From Myxococcota bacterium (GTDB lineage: Bacteria > Myxococcota > JACRCW01), in contig JBFMGU010000175.1 in NCBI GenBank assembly GCA_040752415.1, forward strand, positions 1 to 22,491: a stretch of 22,491 nt of DNA, in the 5' to 3' direction. This document shows positions 17,101 through 22,491 of the stretch, piece by piece. Position numbers and translations under genes: made by a program. The notes beneath the pieces were generated by a model. That model was not told the DNA's origin, did no database searches, and saw only the letters and a list, made by a program, of their open reading frames with translations. Within the stretch, counting starts at the first letter, position 1; each line of letters starts with the position of its first letter.

Positions 17101-18850
17101 CACCCCGCCACGCGCCACGGTGCAGATGGGCGGGACCACGACCTTCTCCGCCGTGGTGAACGGCCTGGGGGATGGCACGGTGAGCTGGAGCGTGCTGGAG
17201 GGAGGCAACGCCGGCACCATCTCCCCCGACGGGGACTACTCCGCGCCGCCGGACCGCACCGGCATCTTCCACGTGGTGGCCACCAGCGTTGCCGACCCCA
17301 CGCGCACCGACGTGGCCACGGTGACGGTGCTGCGCCGTCTCCACAGCATCTCCGGCGTCATCACCGACCCCACCGGCGCCACGGGGCGCATCCACGTCGC
17401 GGTGACCTGGGGCGGCGGCGACACGCAGCCCATGGCGGGGACCAGCATTGCCGCGCCGGGCCCCTACACCATCCGCGGCCTGGAATGGGGTGGCACCTTC
17501 ACGGTGCGCGCGTGGCGCGACACGCTGGGGCAGGGCTCGTTCAACGCGGTGGCGGATCCCACCGGCAGCGCGCTCATCACCGTCGACGATTCCGATGCCA
17601 CGGGGGTGGACATCACGCTGACGGCCCCCGCGGCCGCCGCGCCGCCGGAAGCATTCATGGGCTCCGTCAACGTGGGAAGCGGCGAGCTGCTGGTGCGGGT
17701 CAACACCGCGCGCGACCCCCAGGGCCAGGAGATTGCCGACCACTACGCGGTCTATCTCGGCGACGCGCCCGACGTGGGGCCGCTGGACCACCTGGACAGC
17801 CAGCTGCTGGTGGCGGGCACGCCGAGCACCGCGGTGTTCACCGGGCTCAGCCCCGGGCAGTACTGGGTGGCGTCGACGACGCTGGTGAACGGCGTGGAGA
17901 GCAGTCCGTCGGTGCGGGGGCCCTACCAGGTTGCCGCGCCCTCGGGCGGGTTCACCGTGGATGGTGAGGTGGACCTGGGCACGCTGACCTCGAGCGGACC
18001 GTTGTACGTGTGGCTGGACCGCGGCGACGGTTTCGCGCTGACGGTGGGCAGCCCCAGCGGCGTACAGGCCTTCGCGTTCAGTGGCATTCCCCCCGGGGAC
18101 TACCGCCTGGGCGCCTGGCTGGACCGCGACGACGACGGGCAGGCCGCCGTCACCGACCCCATCCTGCGCTGGGACGAGATGCCGATGGTGACGGTGGCGG
18201 CTGCCGATGTGACCGTGCCCGCCGTGGCCCTCAACGACGCGGTGGTGACGGCCCGGGTGACCTCGGAGCACCGTCGCTCCAGCTGGGGCGAGAGCTACGG
18301 CTACTCGTTGCACATCGGCGTGGGCACCGCGCTGCCGGTGGCCGCCACGCTGCGCCTGGGCCTGGGCAACAACGGTCCCGTCGACATCGGCACCTCCATG
18401 GGCCGCATGGACGGGCGCGTCAGCATGGACCTGTGGCGCAACGTGGAGGGCGGTCTCCTCATGATGCCCGGCGACGTCTACACCGTGGACGTGCAGCTGG
18501 CCGACGACAGCACCGTCACCGTCACGCCCGCGCTCTCCGCCGTCCTCACCGGCCTGCCCACGCCAACCTCCCCGCTGGGGGTCACCGCCGACGTGCGGCC
18601 GCTCTTCCAGTGGGATCCACCGGACCCGCTCCCCGAGGGCGCCTTCACCTATTTCGTGGGCCTGCGCGAGGCCACCGGGCCCGGCGTGTTCTGGTACGGC
18701 CCCATCGACAGCACGCAGACCTCGCTGGACTACGAGGACGCGCTCGACACCGGCTCACTGCAGTCCGGGATGAGCTACGTCTGGGAGGTCAGCGTGAACG
18801 ACGCCAACGGCAACCGCGCCAGCCAGGACGCGCAGTTCTTCGTGGAATAG
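14180..18850 (+). CDS. Large lipoprotein with Ser/Gly linker, five Ig-like (Big_2-type) repeats and duplicated beta-sandwich modules, ~1556 aa
   Basis: MRRHVVLVTASVALGLAG-C lipobox, Ser-rich linker, five 'V.I.P...TL.PG....F.A.V......VTWS.....GTI..DG.YTAP...G.YHVVATS..DP' units. Start is 14180 or 14192, not 13790 (which overlaps the divergent gene). Confidence 0.92.
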   Translation: MSVFMRRHVVLVTASVALGLAGCGGGCGPGNGSSTDTTSASTSSSSSGGESSSSTSSSGASGTSTSSSSASSSGASGSSSGTASGSSSSGSTSSSASGASSSGASGSSSGSTSGSTSGSGGVPDGGTPDASLVSITISPTSTTLNPGGVQVFVATVAGSTDTSVTWSVTEPNGGTITDQGVYTAPDTVDTFHVVATSNADPSRSATATVTVTAVPQVQVTLSPSSATLNPGQTQRFVATVTPSVDNAVDWSVEEQDGGTISADGEYTAASTPGTYHVRATAVVDPTRYARATITVTDVPQVSVTLAPTTVALNPGETQTFTATVSGAANTSVTWSVVEDPGAISVDGVFTAPQITGTYVVVATSVEDPSKSAVATAEVHWPRLSGTVDYAGSATGRIYIVVSEQFGGDRNVGGTSLGAPGDFTVRGISRTGGFTVRAWMDALGTGSFNAAYDPAGTATVYLGSDDLTDVQITLVDPSAVTPPAPAVDGIFPGGDHFGLIYAPVRDNNNGNELADHYTFYCDANPDPGPGAALVRTVRAGGDFVVMGPWTGGDSVYCAAAAVNHGTEGPLSAPLGPVDLSPPVDGNAISGEVSVAAGVTGPLYVIAYSEQLGALITRVANPQATQAYTIDGVADGAWYMIAFVDRADDGRLDATDPVSFFEEPVSVEVAGATAQAPLLVLEGTDARARALVQRWVDVDGSEGYGLRLDVLSNLRLPATVTLLSKPDPRVDVPLDIALGDDGFGPARFSPDTIELGAAPQVGQGFLLDVRFDDGTGGLTTAAITGVPPGVPTPLAPVGTGTTTPTFSWTAPDPAPANYTYSLWLQEANGPDVWERRNLPSSQTSVVYNDDGSAQQPELRSGTTYRWYLTVTDELGNRATHAAEFSTPIVVDVLPAQVTLNPGQQQRFVAVVGGNNPAVTWTITEPGDSGLISNDGTYTAPTTLGTYHVVATSVADPTRFDTAEVTVTDTPQPQVIITPPRATVQMGGTTTFSAVVNGLGDGTVSWSVLEGGNAGTISPDGDYSAPPDRTGIFHVVATSVADPTRTDVATVTVLRRLHSISGVITDPTGATGRIHVAVTWGGGDTQPMAGTSIAAPGPYTIRGLEWGGTFTVRAWRDTLGQGSFNAVADPTGSALITVDDSDATGVDITLTAPAAAAPPEAFMGSVNVGSGELLVRVNTARDPQGQEIADHYAVYLGDAPDVGPLDHLDSQLLVAGTPSTAVFTGLSPGQYWVASTTLVNGVESSPSVRGPYQVAAPSGGFTVDGEVDLGTLTSSGPLYVWLDRGDGFALTVGSPSGVQAFAFSGIPPGDYRLGAWLDRDDDGQAAVTDPILRWDEMPMVTVAAADVTVPAVALNDAVVTARVTSEHRRSSWGESYGYSLHIGVGTALPVAATLRLGLGNNGPVDIGTSMGRMDGRVSMDLWRNVEGGLLMMPGDVYTVDVQLADDSTVTVTPALSAVLTGLPTPTSPLGVTADVRPLFQWDPPDPLPEGAFTYFVGLREATGPGVFWYGPIDSTQTSLDYEDALDTGSLQSGMSYVWEVSVNDANGNRASQDAQFFVE
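14276..14541 (+). repeat. Low-complexity Ser/Gly/Thr linker
   Basis: Encodes SSSSGGESSSST...GASGSSSG repeats. GGCGC(A/C)TCCGGCTCCTCCAGCGGCA occurs near 14399 and 14486. Confidence 0.85.
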
Positions 18851-19063
18851 GCCGCTCCGTCGGCAACGCCCACGCCCGCGCGCGGGACAAGCCTCCGTCG
18901 CCAGCGTCTACGTCGCAGCCTGGCGCGCCGCCCGCCAAACACCAACACAAGCCCAATCATTGACCCATGGTTTCCGTGCGGTCGACGCATTTCTCCGTCG
19001 TGGGGAGCCGCGCGCGTGGTGTCCTGCGCATTCACACACACAATGTGCTCCGCGCACCGCATG

Positions 19064-19103
19064 AAAAAAGGACTTGTCGTCGGAACCGGGTCGAGGTTAT
19101 TCG
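19064..19103 (+). promoter_or_regulatory. Candidate sigma-70-type promoter
   Basis: A6 tract, TTGTCG (19074-19079), then TTATTC/TATTCG at 17-18 bp spacing. The -10 match is weak. Confidence 0.3.
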
Positions 19104-19424
19104 CGGCGCCACTTGGATGATAAGCGGAACACGAACCTCGACGTGACCAGAGGTTCCCTGCACGCCTGCCGCGCGCTCCACGTGGATGGAGCATGCTTCT
19201 TGAGTGGTTGAAGTGACACCGTCCCCCGGACCGGGACGGGCCTTGGGGAGGGTGGAGCACAAGCCGGCCGCGTGCAGGTGAAATCCCCGCGTTCAGGGAC
19301 GTTCGTCAGAAACCATCAACCATCCGCAAAAATCCTCCAGCCACGTGTCATTGCGTGTGGACTGGAAACCGGAGTGGAGCCGCGGTTCCAGGGCGCCACC
19401 ACCGGGGTTGAAGCAGGAGTCTTG

Positions 19425-21836
19425 ATGCATCGCCTTCTCCGGGTTGTGTGGCTCTCCGCCGTGCTGACGACGCTGTCGACGGGCGTGGCGCACGCGGTGG
19501 ACTACACCAGCTATTCCGGCTTCGTGGTGGACGGGACGCCGGTGCTGCCCGCCAGCGAGCAGCACCCGTGCCTGTGGTTTGACGCCGCCGGCGTGGAGGC
19601 GGTGCGTGCGCGCAAGGACGCCGACGCCTACGCGGGCATGCTGTACGAGGCCATTGCCGGGAGCCGGTTCGTGAGCGAGCCCCTCCCCGCCGCGCCGGGC
19701 GGCTGCTCCGAGGAAGCGCACGTCTACTACGGCACCATGGCGCGCATGGCGAAGTACAGCGCGTTCATGTTCGTGATGACGGGAGACCAGGCCCAGCGTC
19801 AGCGCGCGGTGGAGGCGCTGCTGCGCGCCTACGACGGGCCCATCGACAGCTGCGACCCCAAGGCTTCCAGCAGCCCCGTCGACGAGACATACCGCGGGGT
19901 GTGGGCGCAGAACTTCGCCGCGGCCTATGACTGGGTGCAGCCCACGCTCACCCCCGAGGAGGACGAGGCCATCCGCGCGCGGCTCATCAAGGAAGCGCAG
20001 ACCATCAACGACAACCTGTTCCACTGGACGCCGCGCCCGCACAACCATCTCTCCAAGCCGGCCTGGGGCCTGGGCACGCTGGCGCTGGTGCTGTCCTCGC
20101 ATCCCAACGCGTCCACCTGGCTGGCCAACGCGCTGGAGGCCAGCAACCGCAACACCAGCTACTTCTTCAGCTCCGACGGCATCTACCGGGAAGGCTCGCA
20201 GTACTACATCTACTCCGCGCTGAACTTCCTGCCGTTCCTCCACCACTACAAGAACGCGGCGGGCGTGGACCTGTTTCCGTCGTGGCGGCCGGCATTCATC
20301 TGGGAATTCCACGTCTCCAACAACGTGGGCTGGATGCCCAACCTGGAGGACAGCTACCTGCGCCACAACTTCCTGGGCATGGTGGCCGGTCAGTACATGA
20401 CCGACGCGGACACGACGCCACTCCACCCGCAGGCGCGCTGGGGCAACCTCTTCCAGTGGCGCTACCAGAACACCGACACCGCGCCGTGGGGCGGCGAGCT
20501 GGGCAACAACACCGGCGCCAGCAAGGACGACACCATCCCGCTGGACAAGTACCTGACCTATGACCCCACGGTGACACCCGTGGCTCCCAGCGGCGGCGCC
20601 ACGCAATTCCTCGACGAGGGCGGCCAGACCATCTTCCGCAACAACTGGGACTACAACAGCGCGGACAGCCGGTACCTGCTCTTCCACGCCGTGGCAGAGG
20701 CGGACAACCACAACCACTTTGACACGCTCTCCTTCCTCATCCACGCCGAGGACCAGATGATGGCCAGCGCGCCGGGCTATTCCACCAGCGGCTACGGCGA
20801 CGCGGAGCGCCGGAGCTGGTACCGCACGGCGCAGGCCAGCAACACCGTGACCTGCGACGGCAGCTGGCCCACGGACCTGGCGGAGAACGCCACCCCGCCC
20901 TCGTCGGGGAACGTGGACACGCCGTTCTTTGACTTCCAGGAGAAGCGCGCGCGTTTCATCCCGCAGCAGAACGACGACTCCAAGGGGGAGAACCCGCTGC
21001 GTTATCCACCGGAGGAGGAGAACCTGGGCACGGTCCGTCGCTCGGTGGCGTTCCCGGGGCAGGACTACTTCGTGGTGTCCGACCGCCTCGTCAGCCGCGA
21101 CGGCAACCCGCGTCACTGGGAGGTGTACCTGCACGGCGGCCGTGGCGAGATGACCTCCAGCGGCAACCACCGCATGTGGACCTATGCGCAGGATGACTTT
21201 GGCGGGGAGGCACGCCTGGCGGCGTGGGTTTTCTCGTCGGGGGGGACGCTGCAGGATGCGGAAGGTGCGCTGACCTACATCCGCAATGACGCGGCCTCGT
21301 TCGACTACGTGACCGCGGGTGTCGACGGGGCGCAGGCGGGCGTGATGCAGGTGCTCATCCCGCTGTCCATGGGCGACGCGGTTCCCGTGGTCACCGAGCT
21401 GAGCGACACCACCCGCGTGGGCGGCACGGTGCAGAAGGAAGGGCACGTGGACACGTTCGTCACGCAGCCCGGGAACGTCGACGTCACGCTGGGCGACCTG
21501 CGCACCGACGCCGGTTTTGCCTGGTCCCGCGAGGGGAACGGTGCCCTCCAGGTGGCCGCGCACGACGTCACCAAGCTGGCCCACCGCGGCGTCACGCTGG
21601 CGCGCTCCCACCAGCCCATCACGTTGGCCCTGGACCTCTCCGATACGCTGGCCCACCACGGCTGGGTCGCGCTGCAGCGTGGCGGGCTCACCCTGGAGCT
21701 GCGGGCTCCGCCGGGCGCGCACAGCGTGGAGGTCATGCTCAACGGCGTGAAGGTGGCGGCGGAATTGGTGGATGGTTTCACGCGCGTCACCCTCGACGGC
21801 GGCGGCACGTTGTCCCTCCGCTACGTCACGCGCTGA
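19425..21836 (+). CDS. Secreted heparinase II/III-like polysaccharide lyase, 803 aa
   Basis: AGGAG RBS, signal peptide ending VAHA. AAYDW, PHNH, DGIYREGSQYY in the helical region, and NHNHFDTLSF (H-x-H-x-D) and ASNTVTCDG in the beta domain. Confidence 0.88.
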   Translation: MHRLLRVVWLSAVLTTLSTGVAHAVDYTSYSGFVVDGTPVLPASEQHPCLWFDAAGVEAVRARKDADAYAGMLYEAIAGSRFVSEPLPAAPGGCSEEAHVYYGTMARMAKYSAFMFVMTGDQAQRQRAVEALLRAYDGPIDSCDPKASSSPVDETYRGVWAQNFAAAYDWVQPTLTPEEDEAIRARLIKEAQTINDNLFHWTPRPHNHLSKPAWGLGTLALVLSSHPNASTWLANALEASNRNTSYFFSSDGIYREGSQYYIYSALNFLPFLHHYKNAAGVDLFPSWRPAFIWEFHVSNNVGWMPNLEDSYLRHNFLGMVAGQYMTDADTTPLHPQARWGNLFQWRYQNTDTAPWGGELGNNTGASKDDTIPLDKYLTYDPTVTPVAPSGGATQFLDEGGQTIFRNNWDYNSADSRYLLFHAVAEADNHNHFDTLSFLIHAEDQMMASAPGYSTSGYGDAERRSWYRTAQASNTVTCDGSWPTDLAENATPPSSGNVDTPFFDFQEKRARFIPQQNDDSKGENPLRYPPEEENLGTVRRSVAFPGQDYFVVSDRLVSRDGNPRHWEVYLHGGRGEMTSSGNHRMWTYAQDDFGGEARLAAWVFSSGGTLQDAEGALTYIRNDAASFDYVTAGVDGAQAGVMQVLIPLSMGDAVPVVTELSDTTRVGGTVQKEGHVDTFVTQPGNVDVTLGDLRTDAGFAWSREGNGALQVAAHDVTKLAHRGVTLARSHQPITLALDLSDTLAHHGWVALQRGGLTLELRAPPGAHSVEVMLNGVKVAAELVDGFTRVTLDGGGTLSLRYVTR

Positions 21837-22009
21837 CCACGCGAGCCCTTCCGTGGCAGGAATCCACGGTGGACGGTCCTGGATGACACGCGTCCTCGAC
21901 TTCCTCCGCCGGTGACCGGCACGCCCGACGCACGGCCGTCGCCTCCTTGACCCCTCGGTGACGGCTGACTAGGGACGACGTCACCATTCACGGCAGGGAG
22001 GTGGTTCCC

Positions 22010-22491
22010 ATGGTCAGCAAGATCCAGTCGACGCTCAACCGCGTGCGTGCGGACGGCCGCATTGACAAGAAGGACATCCAGGAGCTGGTGAAGGCCGCAG
22101 CGGACGGCGGCGGAATCACCAAGACGGAGGCGGCGGCGCTCCACAAGCTCCGCGAGCAGCACGCCGACCTCTTCACCCGCGCCGCGCGGGACTCGTTCGA
22201 CAACTTCCTGACCGCCATGGACCGCTCCTGGTCCCCCACGAAGAACGTGCACCTCCCCAACATCGACGAGGACAAGATCAAGAGCCTCCTCAAGTCGGAC
22301 CCGCGCATTGGCATCTACACCGGTCGCGCGGGCAGCTCCGGGAAGGGCGGCGGCTCGGTCAACACGACGCCCTCCCGTCCTTCCGGCGGGACCTCGGGCA
22401 AGGGCGGCGGGAGCGTGAGCACGCCCTCGCGTCCCTCGACGGGCTCCACGGGCAAGGGCGGCTCCTCCACCCCTTCCCGCCCCTCCCCCGC
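22010..22491 (+). CDS. Hypothetical protein (runs off window): helical N-domain plus GKGG-containing Ser/Thr/Pro repeats
   Basis: GGGAGG RBS, ATG 22010, open to the window end: MVSKIQSTLNRVRADGRIDKKDIQELVKAAADGGGITKTEAAALHKLREQHADLFT... Strong G/C third-position bias. Absent from the ORF track, presumably because it lacks a stop. Confidence 0.88.
   Translation, partial: MVSKIQSTLNRVRADGRIDKKDIQELVKAAADGGGITKTEAAALHKLREQHADLFTRAARDSFDNFLTAMDRSWSPTKNVHLPNIDEDKIKSLLKSDPRIGIYTGRAGSSGKGGGSVNTTPSRPSGGTSGKGGGSVSTPSRPSTGSTGKGGSSTPSRPSP
22331..22491 (+). repeat. Three imperfect ~54-bp coding tandem repeats
   Basis: GSSGKGGGSVNTTPSRPS / GGTSGKGGGSVSTPSRPS / TGSTGKGGSSTPSRPSP. Confidence 0.9.

Noticed and set aside
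18775..19262. Minus-strand ORFs in the intergenic region
   Set aside because: No convincing RBS or codon bias, and one overlaps the lipoprotein 3' end.
19245..19300. Cobalamin or SAM riboswitch (CAGGTGAAATCC)
   Set aside because: The other conserved elements (AGGGAA and B12 box, or the SAM-I core) were not found.
13823..21722. Minus-strand ORFs of 1496 aa and 809 aa
   Set aside because: Antisense mirrors of the lipoprotein and lyase genes, with no motifs.
4019..21836. Polysaccharide utilisation locus linking the receptor and lyase
   Set aside because: They are about 13 kb apart with unrelated genes between, and there is no SusD-like partner.
21821..22314. Minus-strand ORFs of 143 aa and 108 aa
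   Set aside because: Shadows of the plus-strand gene at 22010, which has a strong RBS.

Overview
GC-rich window whose protein styles (DAG/DGG-rich extensions, Ser-rich lipoprotein, hybrid kinase) suggest a Myxococcota/deltaproteobacterial chromosome (inference). It opens with a non-coding ~358-bp fold-back element (136-bp inverted arms bounded by TA) that looks like an IS630/Tc1-type MITE. Then follow an SRPBCC protein, a His-containing membrane protein, ligA coupled to a TonB-dependent receptor, a small membrane protein, an MBOAT acyltransferase, a VOC protein with a basic tail, a small gene coupled to a class 3 lipase, a GAF hybrid histidine kinase, a ferritin-like (DUF455-type) diiron gene with an in-frame ATP-grasp gene, a ~1550-aa internally duplicated Ig-repeat lipoprotein, a hairpin-rich ~570-bp intergenic region, a secreted heparinase II/III-like lyase, and a truncated ORF (absent from the ORF track) with tandem GKGG-containing repeats. 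The best candidates for undescribed biology are the diiron/ATP-grasp pair, the MITE and the repeat-bearing terminal ORF. No rRNA, tRNA, CRISPR array or transposase was seen. All calls come from reading motifs; no database search was run.
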